Source: Mobula hypostoma (taxonomy: Eukaryota). From it: a stretch of 64,000 bases of DNA. A program made the position numbers and the translations under genes. The notes under the pieces were generated by a model. The model was not told where the DNA came from, did no database searches, and worked only from the letters and a program-made list of their open reading frames with translations. This document shows, in pieces, positions 11,774 through 25,131 of the stretch; the stretch's first letter is position 1; each line of letters begins with the position of its first letter. The DNA lies in assembly GCF_963921235.1 (NCBI RefSeq), contig NC_086102.1, forward strand, positions 79,112,001-79,176,000, written 5' to 3'.

Positions 11774-12999
11774 GAAAGCTACTAAAATAAAAATTCCTAC
11801 AACATAGCCTTAGATATCTTTCCCAGGGTATTACATTCTCCCCCCACCAAAATAGCCATGTCCTCATGACTTTGGAACTTATTAAACAATTATTAATAAC
11901 ACAGTATTCAAATGAAATTCCTGATTTCGGGACCCTCAATCCATTTCTAAATGGAAGTAACATATTTTACACGTGGTATCCTGAAATGTTCGCTGAACTA
12001 GACTTGGGGCCAAACTGAAGCGGTGGGGCAGATAACAAACTAAAGTTGCCTAAATTTGAGAATTTGTAGCGATGTTCTATATCTTGTCGAGAGGGTGAGC
12101 TTGTCTGAATAACACCCCAACAGCTCATAGAAAACCAGCTGAGGCCAAATGGCTTCCTCCTGTGCTGTAATGTCCTATGATTCAAACACCTTTCTCTCTT
12201 AGCAATTACAGTTCAAAGTCCATCATTACTCAAATTGCTTTTCTATTTGCTGCAGCTATTGTTTCAATATTCTTACTGGGAGCCGAGTTTGCAGATGGGT
12301 GCATGTTTTCTTCATGTTGAGTTGTAAACTTTGAAATATTACCATGGCTTTTCCTAGTTAAAAGTCTGCAAACAAAAGTTGCTTTGTTTCTGTGCTTTCT
12401 TCTTAGTCGAAACAAAGATCTGAAACCTATTAACTTCTAAGAGAGCGTGTCAATCCATCTCACTTGTGGTAATGTTACAAACACAATAGTGCCTTCCTGT
12501 CACTGCAAGTATTTTCATTTCTCCCCTATTAAATGTCTCCAGCAGTTACAGTCAGCAACGTACTTGTACAAGATAAACATGAAAGTAAGAGCCAGAAAGC
12601 TGAGCCACCCTTTTGTTTGCACCCCGACCCTTCCTCTTGGAATATCCCTTCTCAAGCAATGGGAACTCACAAATGCCGCCTTTGCATCATTTTGACACTA
12701 GCTTTGCCCTGGCTGTTTCAGGAAATCAACTGCAAAGCCTTCAAGGAACAATTTAAACATTCCCCAACAGCTCAGAGTAACCTGCTGACTGTGAGGGACC
12801 AAGTTAGATGCCTGCTCTGTGCTGATGTGGCTGACCTTTAATGGGGTCTGGGCAAATGCGCTATAATTATCCTTCGTTCCTCCATCTAAAAGGTGAGAAA
12901 TTGGGCCGGGCTTTTCTTTCCCCTGCCATAGGAGTAGGTGTAAAAGTACATTGGGTGACACTTGGACCTGAGTTTAATGTTTTTATGGTTGGATGCCTG

Positions 13000-13080
13000 C
13001 ATGTTATTCCCTACCTGGGGCCCATGGACCCCTTGCTTAATGGTATTGGACCATGGCGTAAAAAAGGTTAGGAACCCCTT
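13000..13080. mobile_element. hAT-type MITE, degenerate inverted copy of 1929-2010
   Basis: Reverse-complement similarity to 1929-2010 (ttaatggta..ccatgg..aaaaaggttaggaacccct); followed by ttctagaa. Confidence 0.65.
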
Positions 13081-14603
13081 TTCTAGAAGGAGGTCAATGG
13101 AGCATTACCACCCAGTGGCTTACCAAATTCTGGAGCAAAAAGTTGTTTTCTTTTCACTTAATCAGTTCTTTCATTTGTTTTGCAAATATATGTGAGTTTT
13201 TTTTTAAAAAGATTTGAAGATGTGGCAGAAGTAATAAATATTGGCTGATGCTATCCAGAAAGTACGGCAATTGGGGTTTGAAGTGGTGAATAATTGATAC
13301 ATAGGCTTCCATTGGATTTTGTGATCCTCTCAATCACAGCCTTGAAAGTACTTTACTGCTGTATATTCTTTTTATGAAGAGTTGTCAGCTTGGCAACAAA
13401 AGAATCAGACAGGTAATATAATCCCATACGGTTCATCGATTTCACTCCAATGTTTTTGGAGCCTTTACCACATTACCTATAGCATAACTGCAACACAAGA
13501 AGTAATGTTTCTTTGAAAAATTCTGGTTTTATTTCACTCGTACATAGTGAAGTGCCAATAAGAATCAAAAATTCAATCATAGATGAGGCAGGTCATTTTC
13601 CTCAAGCCACCATTCTCCGCAGTATTTTCAAGAATTTTACTTGCCCCACCATTTACATGCTGATAGTATTCTATTTTTATGTAAATCACCAGTAGGTTGT
13701 TCGTTCAAGTATGAATACTCTTCTGTCTTAACTCACTGCCCTGATAGGCAGAGGCTTGTGGATATTTCCTTGATCACATCAATGAATCAAATTACGCCTA
13801 GTTTCAAAACAGTTTTACCCTCTACTTCTTTTTCCAGAGTAAATCCTATTGAGAAATTAATAGTAAAAAAAAAATTGCCTCTCAGTCAAGGTGAGTTTGT
13901 GACCTAGTCAATTTGATGGCTGATAACTCATATTTTTAAGCCATTTGGTGCTTTGGTTTAATTTGGTAATTAGTCATTTCATCTAATTCTGTTATAATTA
14001 TTTGGTTATTTAATAAAATATGATTTTTTTTTTCAAGTTTCCTGTAATTAACCTAGTAAGAATCAGATGAGCAGTTTCCTTTTTAAAATTGCGGAGTCAT
14101 TACTTGTCATTCCCCTTGTTTGCAGAAAGAGGATTCAAAAGCTGGTTGTTGGCTTTTATCGTCTGCCTGTCTCCTGCTACCTAATTAGCAGATGTGAAGG
14201 GATAGACTGAAAAGCAGAATCTTTTTACCAGTCTCATCCATCTAAAAAAAACACAAATTTGTGTGTAGGCTTGCAGTTTCTTTTAGCATAACTATGTGTG
14301 AAATGCTTTGGACATTCTTACTGAAACTGTATAAATGCTTAATTCTGTAATGAACACTTTTGACTCTTTTACTCCAGATTAAATGAGCATGGCATGTTCT
14401 GTCCTCTGTTGTATGATCTGAACTAAAACAAACATCAAAATAAACAAATTAATTTCTGTGGTTCTTTCTTTCACTTTTGTTTTGGATATACTTCCAGACA
14501 ATATATTTCTAGTCAGATGTGGCTTTCTTATTGGAAACTGCATGATTATTTTTGGAATTGTAGCAAGGAAGTAATGAATGCAATATTGTTTCAAATAAAA
14601 CAG

Positions 14604-14688
14604 GAGAATGTTGCAGCTGAAACAGTACCTGATACGTTACCTGCCAGTACACTTCAGCAGCCAGAACTGCACTTCCAGGACAATTCAG
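14604..14688 (+). CDS. REPS2: REPS2 internal exon (phase 0 to 1): ENVAAETVPDTLPASTLQQPELHFQDNS
   Basis: aacag acceptor (weak pyrimidine tract) and CAG|gtatga donor; 85 nt; phase fits the next exon. Poorly conserved linker, so support is mainly splice signals and frame. Confidence 0.55.
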
Positions 14689-15135
14689 GTATGAGCATTT
14701 GAAATTGTTTCAGTGCTTTGGTACAATGAAGCTTATTTGGATGTTGCTTAATTTTATTGATGCCCCACCCACTATGAATCAATAACCTTAGCTTTCTTCC
14801 AAGGGGGTCACTGGAGGAAACAATGCATATAGTGAAAGAGTTTAGAAGAATCTGAAAGATACAAGATTCCAAGGGGAAATGACAGGATAGAATATTGAGG
14901 TGTTTCCTCTGATAGGAATGTCTTGAGTAAGGGAACATAGTCGCAAGATAAGGGGGCTGTTCAGTTAGAGCTGAGTTGCTGAGCAATTTCTTCTAGCAGA
15001 GGATGGTGAATCTTTGGAATTCTCTAACCTAGAAGCTGTGAAAGCATTTTGATGTTGGAGATATAGAGGTCTGTTGGGAACTCTTCATAGAATAGGAATT
15101 GAGGCCTGGGGCAGGTCTTGCCTGCTGGGGGGGAT

Positions 15136-15700
15136 CAGAATCTGAATCAGGTTTAATATCACCGGCATGTCATGAAATTTGTGTTTTTTGTGGCAGCAGT
15201 ACAATCCAATACATAATGGTAGAAAAAGAAGTCTATTACAGTAAGTACGTACAGTATATATGAAATAGTGCAATTAAATAGTGCAAATATAGAAATAAAA
15301 AAGTAGTGAGGTAGTGTTCACGAGTTCAATGTTTACTGAGAAACTGGACGGCAGAAGGGAAGGCGCTATTCCTGAATCACTGAGTATATGCCTTCAGACT
15401 TCTGTACCTCCTTTTTGATGGCAGCAATGAGAAGAGAGCATGTCCTGGGTGATGGGTGTCCTTTATGATGGATGCTACCTTTTTGAGGCATTTCTCCTTG
15501 AAGATATCCTGGATACTACAGAGACTATTATCCATGATAGAGCTAAGTTTACAACTCTCTGCAGCTTATTTCCCCCCTGTGCAGTAGCCTTCCCATACCA
15601 GACGGTGATGCAGCAGGTTAGAATGCTTTTCACGGTACATCTGTAGAAAGTTGTGAGTGTTTTTGGTGAAATAGCTAATCTCCTCAAGTTCCTCATGAAA
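15136..15700 (-). mobile_element. Rex1/Babar LINE 3' fragment
   Basis: KTLTTFYRCTVKSILTCCITVWYG (ORF 15475-15720) plus a GAATCA tail. Confidence 0.8.
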
Positions 15701-16689
15701 ATACAGGGTTGAATGACCAAGTGGCCTATTCCTATCTATTTTTGTTCTTGCATAAAAGAGTGGTGGTGTGAGATGATTGGAAGGCTAAGTCTAAGTTATT
15801 TTGTCCATGCAAAGCAATGACAAGTTCCAAAATTTCAACTTTAATGAACAGGAGAATGAACACAAAGGAGTTATGATCATGCATGGAAGTGGTTTTATGT
15901 GTGTTTGTACCATATTTTTTGGAATAACAAATGTTGCAATGGACATTAGTTTGAACATTTTGTAGTGCAAGCATTTTGGCACACGACTCTGTCTGAACCA
16001 TGTTCCTAATCGGAAAAACTCCATTTTCAGATATTCACAAAATTCAAATTTTAATACTCAATGAGAGAGAGGTAGTTTCAAAAATTAGTTGTGTTTCTTC
16101 CCCCCCCCCCAAAAAAAGCACAGATGCAATTAAAAATTTCATCATCTCCACTTACCCACATTTTTTATTAAATACAATAGATTTGGGTATTTAGCATTGG
16201 AACAACTGGTTTTGTGGCTTTTGTTTTTCACAATGAGACTTTGGAATGAAATAGCCTGCCACAAATTTTGCAGATCGGAGAGAACTGAGCAAATGGTTAT
16301 GATTTTCAGATGCTAAATTATAAGACCTATTTTGAGTTATACAGTTATTTCTCAACCTAGAACTGATAAACATATAATTTTGTGAACTAGTTCTGAGCAA
16401 ACGTGTATAAAAAATAAAGTCTGTCTTAAGAGAGTCAACAAACTTAATGAAGAATCTCACAGCAATGTTTAGCTCAATATTTTGTGCTACCAGTTCTAAT
16501 CAATATTATTGATCCACATCGACAGAATAAAAATCCATGAATAATCTGATTTAATTTCAGTTAATTCAGTTGAATCTAAGCAGTTTTATTTTTTTTTAAA
16601 TGGAGAGAGAAGGTTGATTTTATGTCTGTAACTTTGAAAGTGGTAGTTCAAATTGGGATTCCTTTCACCTTTATAAATGCCATTAACTA

Positions 16690-16996
16690 TAATATATAAG
16701 CATCCGTCAGTCTCATGAGACCATGGATTTGTGCCTTGGAAGGTTTCCAGGGCGCAGGCCTGGGCAAGGTTGTATGGAAGACCGGCAGTTGCCCAGGCTG
16801 CAAGTCTCTCCTCTCCACGCCACCAATGTTGTCCAAGGGAAGGACACTAGGGCCGATACAGCTTGGCATCAGTGTCGTCGCAGAGCAATGTGTGGTTAAG
16901 TGCCTTGCTCAAGGACAGAACACGCTGCCTCAGCTGAGGCTTGAACTAGCAACCTTCAGATCACTAGACCAATGCCTTAACCACTTGGCCACGCAC
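16690..16996 (-). mobile_element. tRNA-derived SINE with CORE-like central domain
   Basis: Minus strand: A-box TGGCCAAGTGG, B-box AGTTCAAGCC, then GTCCTTGAGCAAGGCACTT; (TA)-rich tail. Confidence 0.8.
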
Positions 16997-18326
16997 CAAC
17001 ACACACATTATTAATGAGGACAAGCTATTCGATATACTTGCGCATTATATGGGTGGGGTGGGGGAACAGTACTTAGAGAAAGCCCACTAATGCTAACTCT
17101 ACACATAGAACATCCAAGATCAGGACTGGACCTGTGAAGTCACAATTTGATCTGTCTTGTTGGAAATGTATTGGATTTGAACTTCGTTATAGATAACCCC
17201 AGACTTTATCCAAAACCAACCCCCATAATCACAAATATGCCCTGCATTCATGACTATGCTGAGGAGACACTTGCATTCCTCCCCATCTCCACAGCACCCA
17301 ATCCTTGTCTTTTTTCCCTCCCTCATTCTTTTTCCAATTATAAGACATCAAAGTCATTTGATTAAGATCAACCATGAATGCTAGGGTTAGAGTCCTGGAA
17401 TGTTGTTAAACTTGCTGAGTTTAGAATTGGGATGATCTCATACATTGGTATTTCCCTACATATTTCAGCCCATTTTCTCCTCTGTCCTTGCTAGGATACT
17501 TGTCCACAGATAGTGTGTGCTTTTGACAGCCTTCTCACAGGGAGCCTGGCTGAAGCATTTCATCTGCTGTCTGTTCAAAGTGGATCCTATAAGCATTAGG
17601 ACTCTCACACAAGTGCTTGCATGTGAGCATCACAAGTGGTTTATTACCCTGATTTATTTCCTTATAGCAGTATTATAACCTTAACCACACAACTCGTGTG
17701 TTAACCCATCATCTGTCAGATTGGATGATTGTTGAGATGGGAAAGCAAGATTTTGCTTGATTTGTAAAATAAGGAAGGCCATGTTAATCTTGTGTTAAGT
17801 AAGACAGTAAAGTTGAAAATCTGTATGTGTTTTTTTTCTTATAAATTATCTTTCCAAAATATGGAAAATCATTTGACTTGTAGCTGATTAATTTATGACA
17901 GTGATTTGCATGGGTCTGTGAAATTTTAAACATTGTGATAATTGTTAAGACCTGTTAGTTCGATTTGTGTACCAACAGCGTTATGATTTGTTATGGACGA
18001 GAAAAGGTCTGACAACCATTTAAAAGAATTACACTTGGGCAACTTTGTTTTACACTAATTATTATTACTGTGTAAAATCATTTACCACAGTTTCATTCAT
18101 CTTTCTATACAACACTAGGAGGCATCCTATCATAAGCAATTGGACTGATGTAAGGTTTGCGAGAAGCTAAATGAATCCCCATGAATCGTAATTTTTATCA
18201 ATGGCAGATCTTATCGTGCTGCATGAAAGCCACAATACAAAGATAGGAATTGCCTGTGGTCTACTAAATTATGGTAGATCAAGTAGATTGGGACAAACTA
18301 TTATAACATTTACATTTATTTTGCAG

Positions 18327-18413
18327 ATTTAAGTCAAAACAAAAATGTAGATTCCAAACAAATACCAGAAGAATGCCAAACTACTGAAGATGTGTTCAGC
18401 TTATCTAAAGCAG
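18327..18413 (+). CDS. REPS2: REPS2 internal exon (phase 1 to 1) with GC donor: DLSQNKNVDSKQIPEECQTTEDVFSLSKA
   Basis: tttattttgcag acceptor and CAG|gcaagt donor; 87 nt open, keeping the frame between flanking exons. Confidence 0.6.
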
Positions 18414-19065
18414 GCAAGTACTGAGAGAAGGATGCGACAGTTAACGACTCATAAGAAAAAATATGAAAAGTAATCTTTACCTGTTCCCCACATCCTCAAT
18501 CTTACCAACACGAAGACGCCATGGAATTTCCGCAAGTTAGTATACATGGTGATTTACCACTTCATGTCCCATTGGCTAGATGTTCCACTCTGTTACCTTC
18601 ACATTTGGTGGAGGAAAGTTGAGTGAGGGTGTCTTCAGAAGTTCTGTGGAAGGCAGGAAGAGAAAACTTAGTTTTTGACAAAAATGACCCCAAGCAAGTT
18701 ACAAATAATTCCATTTTTGAGACATCCCTGATCATATTTCTTTGTGCTGCATTTGTACTCCTATCAGGAATCTGGCATGATCCTTACTCCAGTGTAAAGG
18801 AACAATTGATATAATCTGTGCTCGTATGAGCAGCGGAAAACAACATAAGAGATAACCAGCAAAGATTTAAAAGCACTTGCTGAATTTAATATTCTTACTC
18901 GGATAAATTCATTTAATTACCTAACAGATCATTTAAATTTTGAGCAAAAATTTGTAAAACCTTCCAATGTAAGCATAACGCTTGATACTTCTATAGCACA
19001 ACCAAAAAATAAAATATCTCGTGCCTTTAGGACAGTGACACCAACTTGTAGATAATTACATGTTC

Positions 19066-19690
19066 TACGCTCTGTCCACCAGAGAAAGCAGGATCCCCCA
19101 GTGGCCACAATTTTAATTCCACGTCCCATTCCCATTCTGATATGTCTATCCACGGCCGCCTCTACTGTAAAGAAGAAACCACACTCGCGTTGGAGGAACA
19201 ACACCTTATATTCCGTCTGGGTAGCCTCCAACCTGATGGGATGAACATTGACTTCTCAAACTTCCGCTGATGCCCCACCTTCCCCTTGAACCCCATCCAT
19301 TATTTATTTATATATACACATTCTTTTTCTCTCTCTCCTTTTTCTCCCTCTTTCCCTCTCACTATACCCCTTGCCCATCCTCTGGGCTTTCCCCCCCTCC
19401 CCCTTTTCTTTCTCCCTAGGCCTCCTGTCCCATGATCTTCTTATATAAGAAGATCCCACAGATTATATCCCTTTTGCTGATTTACTGTCCAGCTCTTGGC
19501 TCCATCCCTCCCCCTCCTGTCTTCTCCTATCATTTTGGATCTCCCCCTCCCCTTCCCATTTTCAAATCTCTTACCAGCTCTTCTTTTAGTTGGTCCTGAC
19601 GAAGGGTCTCAGCCCGAAACGTCGACTGTACCTCTTCCTAGAGAGACTGCCTGGCCTGCTGCGTTCATCAGCAACTTTTATGTGTGTTGC
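19066..19690 (+). mobile_element. Penelope-like element 3' end with intact hammerhead motif
   Basis: LEEQHLIFRLGSLQPDGMNIDFSNFR* (GIY-YIG C-terminus), pyrimidine-rich UTR, pseudo-LTR. Confidence 0.85.
19592..19627 (+). ncRNA. Minimal type I hammerhead ribozyme motif
   Basis: GGTC-CTGACGA-A-GGGTCTCAGCCC-GAAA-C-GTC^GACT: complete core, stem I GGTC/GACT, stem II GGGT/GCCC, palindromic ACGT stem III. Confidence 0.75.
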
Positions 19691-19749
19691 ATTCTATTTA
19701 ACTGCCTGGCCTAGTTCCTCTCCTGGATAAGCCTTCAGATCAAATTGAT

Positions 19750-20330
19750 GTGCTTGCAACACTGTGTGTCCAACAGAGTGATCAGCAGCGCTGGGGCTGC
19801 ACAGGGGACTGAGGAGACTGAGGTCCTTTAACATCTGCCGGACAATGCTGAGGATGTTCTACGAGTCTGTGGTGGCCAGCGCGATCATGTTTGCTGTTGT
19901 GTGCTGGGGCAGCAGGCTGAGGGTAGCAGACACCAACAGAATCAACAAACTCATTCGTAAGGCCAGTGATGTTGTGGGGATGGAACTGGACTCTCTGACG
20001 GTGGTGTGTGAAAAGAGGATACTGTCCAAGTTGCATGCCATCTTGGACAATGTCTCCCATCCACTACATAATGTACTGGTTGGGCACAGGAGTACATTCA
20101 GCCAGAGGCTCATTCCACTGAGATGCAACACAGAGCGTCATGGGAAGTCATTCCTGCCTGTGGCCATCAAACTTTACAACTCCTCCCTTGGAGGGTCAGA
20201 CACCCTGAGCCAATAGGCTGGTCCTGGACTTATCTCCTGGCATAATTTACATATTACTATTTAATTATTTATGGTGCAACTGTAACGAAAACCAATTTCC
20301 CCCAGGATCAATAAAGTATGACTATGACTA
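19750..20330 (+). mobile_element. Rex1-type LINE 3' end (distinct subfamily, internally deleted)
   Basis: MLRMFYESVVASAIMFAVVCWG...KSFLPVAIKLYN is open to its stop; AATAAA plus a (TATGAC)n tail. Confidence 0.85.
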
Positions 20331-23300
20331 CTGAAAACAAGAGGAGGTTAAAAGTAAGAAAGTGAAGAACATTTGGTCTCCTCCTACACCTGATTGCTTA
20401 AGTGTTCTCTACTACTCAATAAGAGCATGAAAGATCAGATTCTTGCCTATCATATCCATATTTTTTGGTTCCTTTGCTCTTCGTAAGTCAACCACCTCAT
20501 CTACTTTCACATAGTTGTTCTCCTTATCTTGTGAACACAGATGTCCCCCAACCATTTCCCCCCACCCCGCCCCCAGTTCCAGGTTTTCCATCCTGAAGAG
20601 CTACGTTTTGAATCTTCCCTGTTAGAACAACTCAGAATCGATTATGTCTTGATAAAATCACAGCTCATTCTTCGAAACTCCACTGAATCCTGCTCAACCT
20701 CTCTTTAGTAGACAGCCCTGTTATCCCAGAAATAAATCGAATAAGTTTTCCTCCTCTGCATTTATACTGCTTAGGAGTAGAGATCTTAAAAGCATGCTAC
20801 TCCAGTTCTGGTCTCAACCAAGCCACATACAATTATAGCTACACATCCTGGCTAGAATTTTCATCAAGTGGCACATTGTTTTACTGAATCAATGATGGAA
20901 GTGCATATGCTCTCCAGAACATTTCCTCCATCACCAACTTTTCATTGCAGTGGCAAAATGTCCTTTGTGGAAATGAGGTCCAGCCTTGTGCCTTGTAAAA
21001 TAGCCCAGTTTCTGCCCTATTCTATTTACTCATTTGAAAATCCATATTTCCACATTCACTGGTTCCCTCGCATCTTTCCAGTTCTTCCCATCCTGGAATA
21101 GTTCCATTGGATTTGTTGAAGTTTCCAATTTATATTTTTTCAAATACCCTGTTATTACATCCAAAGTTCAAAGTACATTTATTATCAAAGTATGTATAAT
21201 TGATACAATCTTGAGATTTGTTATCTTACAGGCAACTACAAAGCAAAGAAACCCATTTTTTAAAAGAATAAACAATAAAAGTGAGCAAATAGCATTCAGA
21301 ATTGAAGTTCTCAAAATTGAGTCTGCACTTTGATAGTTGCAGGCCGCAGCCTCAGTTCGGTGCAGAGATAAGTAAACCTCACGGAGAGTGAGCTGAAGTT
21401 CAGTGCACAGTCGAGTAAAACTCACGGAGCAGTGACTGAATTGATCCATCCCTCGCCTCTAGCCTGGATACCCTGACCTTTTTCAATATAGCCCAGAGCT
21501 TAAATTGATCAAACCTCAGGTCTTTCCTTGCTCTCAGGCCCAGGTCTGGGCACCGACGTCTAGGTTCTGCATCGCCTCAGCTCTTCGGAATCAAATTGCC
21601 TCCAAGTCCACAGCAGCTCTCCGGCCCAGACCCCACTGCCTCAATTCAATCCGAGCACACCATGGCACAGCTGTTCTGCACCTTCCAGACTTCAGTTTCC
21701 ACCGCAAAAATGGCAGGTTCAAAAGCTCATCCCCGACAGGGAAGCTTGCAGTGAGAGTTCAGCAGAAAAAGTGTGACTGATAAATTATTTAGTTGTTTTC
21801 TTTCTTTTATTTGCCACCAGCAAGTAGTCGCTAACCTTCACCAGCACCAACTTAAACTGGAATTTTGGTATACCAGAGTTTTGTCTTCAGCTGATATAAG
21901 GCCGACTGGATAATTGTTTCCTATATTGTCCATTTATCATTAATAATGTTTCAAACTTCAGGGATTGTTTCAAAATCTGGAAGATTGTCACTGATATGTT
22001 GACTATAGTAACAGCCGCTTTTTTTTTAAGAACAATGAGAATACAGGCTATTGTGGCTCCACTGCCTAGTTGGAAGATGGGATGTTATTCCTCAAACTTA
22101 AATTGAACTTCATTTGAAACCAGCATATTTGGCCAAACATTTGTCTTTGGCTGTCTCTATATAGCTGATGACTGACAGTTCCCAGTGGAGTGCCCAGCTT
22201 TCAAACAACTCAATGCAGCTCATCAGTTAGTTCACATTCCAAATATGGAGATAGTTCCAGGGACCTGGATATTAAGAAGCACAACTTGGGCATGGAAAAT
22301 GCATAACAAAGATTAACTAAATGATATTGGGAACGTAATTTTATAACTGGGATAAACTCAAAAAGCTGAATTATTACCTTTGGTGCTGCACTATTCTATG
22401 ATTTGAAGAAAGGCACAGGAATGAGAATCAAAAAGCTTTAGTATGCAGCAGAATATTGTTTTAAATAATAGGAGGGCATTAAAAGATTAAGTCCTCCATT
22501 GCTAGCAGATTTGCAGTGGAGACTTGGCCTGTGGACTGCTTATTGCTGATTCTACAAATGCTTTCAGTTTCTATTATTTTCATCCACTGCCTTTGCTGAT
22601 TCAATACATTGAATATACGGATAGTAACTATGCTGTTTCCAGGGAAATGATTAAGAGAAATACAGCCTAGATTTTTAAAATCATAAATGGTTTTGAGATG
22701 TTGAATTGGGAACATTTGTTCCTATTTGGTTACTTGAAAGTTAAAATAGGTATAAGCAAAAGGACATTGAAGAAATGTTTTCACACATGGTTATGAAAAT
22801 ATACAATCTGGAAATGCACGTTCTTTATACTTTGATCAACATATCCACCAGATGTAAGAAATAACTTGTATGGGTTCTGAGAAATTAGGCATCTGGTCCC
22901 AGACTTAGCCATATGACTTTCAAAAGCGCCATAATAGAAAATGACAATGTAGTTAGCCCAATCAAACTTCTGCATTTCTGTTCTCTTAAAATTCTAATTA
23001 TGTTTTAAAAAATATAATTGCAAAATGGATAGCTGCTAAACTTCGAATCGGAGTCTAGTGTTAATTAATTTATTGAGATGATGCTTCAATGTTTTTAGTT
23101 ACCAGCATTGAGAAGTATTATAAACCAGGAATATACCATGTAACTGTTTTTAAATTGAAATTCCAAATTGTAGGAACTAATCCCTAAAGTTGTTGGTAGA
23201 GTTTATCATACATCACATTTTTTTTTCAGATATCCAAAACATTTAGACAATAAATAGTCTGTATTCTAAGAAATCTACAAATTCTTCAACCCTTCCATAC

Positions 23301-23941
23301 CTGATGAAATAAAAGCTAGTAATGAATGACTATGTTTGAAAAAAGAAGCACATTTACACCAAGTATTTGCTGGACTTGAATCATTTGCATGGATTGAGAT
23401 AATTTCATGTAATTTAAATACACCGTGAGCAAAATTAATGCCAAGTGTAAGCTGCAAAATAAAATACTGGACAATAATAAAGTAGTGACAGGAGGAGGAA
23501 AAGTAAATTTCCCCTCTGGAATGCTTTGCAAGTGGGCTGCTGGATTTTTAGATTAGTCCAGCTTGTTTATTATAGAAATAACTTACTACACAAATTATAG
23601 GTTTAGTAATAATGATCACCTTTTATTTTCAGTGAAAACCTTAAAAATTGAGCCACACTGACAGCTTCAACATTCACTTTTCTATCCAGTCTCTGTCAAC
23701 AGGCCCTGTGTTAAAGCTTTGCCTACAGAGAGAAAGCAGCTGACAACAGGGCAATCAGTAGTTAAAAGCATCACCATGCCCACAGGGAAATAGGTCTTCT
23801 TTACCGAGTTCGCACGTATTTATAAAAGTGCTTGATTCTGAACCTTGATCTTAATCTCTTAAAAGCATGTTTTCTTTTTTGTTCATTACTTCTGTCCAAG
23901 ACTGCTGTGTTTTAATGCACAATCTTTTTTTTTTCCTGAAG

Positions 23942-23987
23942 GTTGCCGAGAACTGGAATCGAGCCAGAAAAGGAAAACAAGACCCAG
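23942..23987 (+). CDS. REPS2: REPS2 internal exon (phase 1 to 2): GCRELESSQKRKTRP
   Basis: T-tract cctgaag acceptor and CAG|gtaatt donor; 46 nt; joins to give KTRPRSYSSTS, resembling the ..ARPRSRSYSSTS of mammalian REPS2. Confidence 0.85.
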
Positions 23988-24994
23988 GTAATTTATGTGT
24001 CCTAAATAGTATTTTATATATCCTTTGTTTATTAAAATAATAGCATTTTATATGCACTTCATAGTGTACTGCAGTACCTGGCTATTAAGATTATCTGTCT
24101 GATTTACTATTATCTTGAGTGCATTTACCAGCCTTGGCTGGGTTCCAGTGGAAGTTGAATAAATGTAATAGCTTAGTTAAGTGAGTTATGTAAATTGGTT
24201 GAAATGCTTGCTGTGTAATGTCGTACCTGGAATGAGATTTGTTTATCAGACAAATGCCATACACAATTCTGTCTGCCCTACTATTAATTCTGGGGTTTTT
24301 TTGCTTTTCATTCAATCCTGTTCTGAGACTGGCTTATAGTTTTGACACTTATGATTGACTGATTGCACTTTGCAAATCTTGGTAGCTGGTGCAGAAATCT
24401 GATTTGGGTTATGGTGAGAAATGGAGAGTATCTCTTTGGCTGCTTGGTGAATGTCCCACTTGTTATTCCGTTCTATTGAGTTCAAAGAAACAAAGGAAAA
24501 TCACACACAATATAAAAAGTGGAAGATACAAAATCATTCTTTAGGTGCAGTGGTAAACAATGAATTCCTACCCCATATTGTCTTATCATAACTTTAACAA
24601 ATAGATTCTCATTCAAGAAACTGACAAGTATTCTTGTTCATATTGCTCTGACTAGCTTCACTTCGTGAAGTGTATGGGAACGTACGAGTTGTTTCAAGAC
24701 TGATCATATCTTTTGTGATCAGAGCCCTTGATAGAAAAGGAAGACTTGCAATTCTGTAGTAACTTTCACAACTTCAGGCCATTTCTTGTAGCAACTGATA
24801 TACCTTTGTGAACAAGTCACTGACGTAATATGGGGAAAATGGAATTCCATTTATATAGCATGATCCCACAAATGGCAGGAATACAAAAAGTTCCATTTTA
24901 GCTGCTGAGTGACAACTGTTGCAAGATACATCTGTGTCCGTGCTCAACCCTGCAACCGAGGGCCCTTATTAAAATCCACCATCTCCCGTTGCAG

Positions 24995-25131
24995 ATCATA
25001 CTCAAGTACCTCTGCTGAAAATGCTATTAAGAAAGGAGAAGTGCCCCCAACGCCACCACCAAGACTTCCAAAGACTCATTCCAGAGCATCTTCTCTGGAC
25101 CTTAATAAACTTTTTCAACAAGGTAATCAAG
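24995..25131 (+). CDS. REPS2: REPS2 exon (phase 2 to 1): RSYSSTSAENAIKKGEVPPTPPPRLPKTHSRASSLDLNKLFQQGNQ
   Basis: Close match to the REPS2 proline-rich region SYSSTS..KRGEDPPTPPPRPQKTHSRASSLDLNK; ttgcag acceptor and AAG|gtgagt donor. Confidence 0.95.

Noticed and set aside
12722-12780. Possible exon after ctgtttcag
   Set aside because: Weak donor and no recognisable homology.
13340-13418. Possible extra REPS2 exon ending CAG|gtaata
   Set aside because: No convincing acceptor and frame combination with recognisable REPS similarity.
24909-24994. N-terminal part of ORF 24909-25139
   Set aside because: Intronic read-through upstream of the acceptor at 24994; only 24995-25131 is exon.
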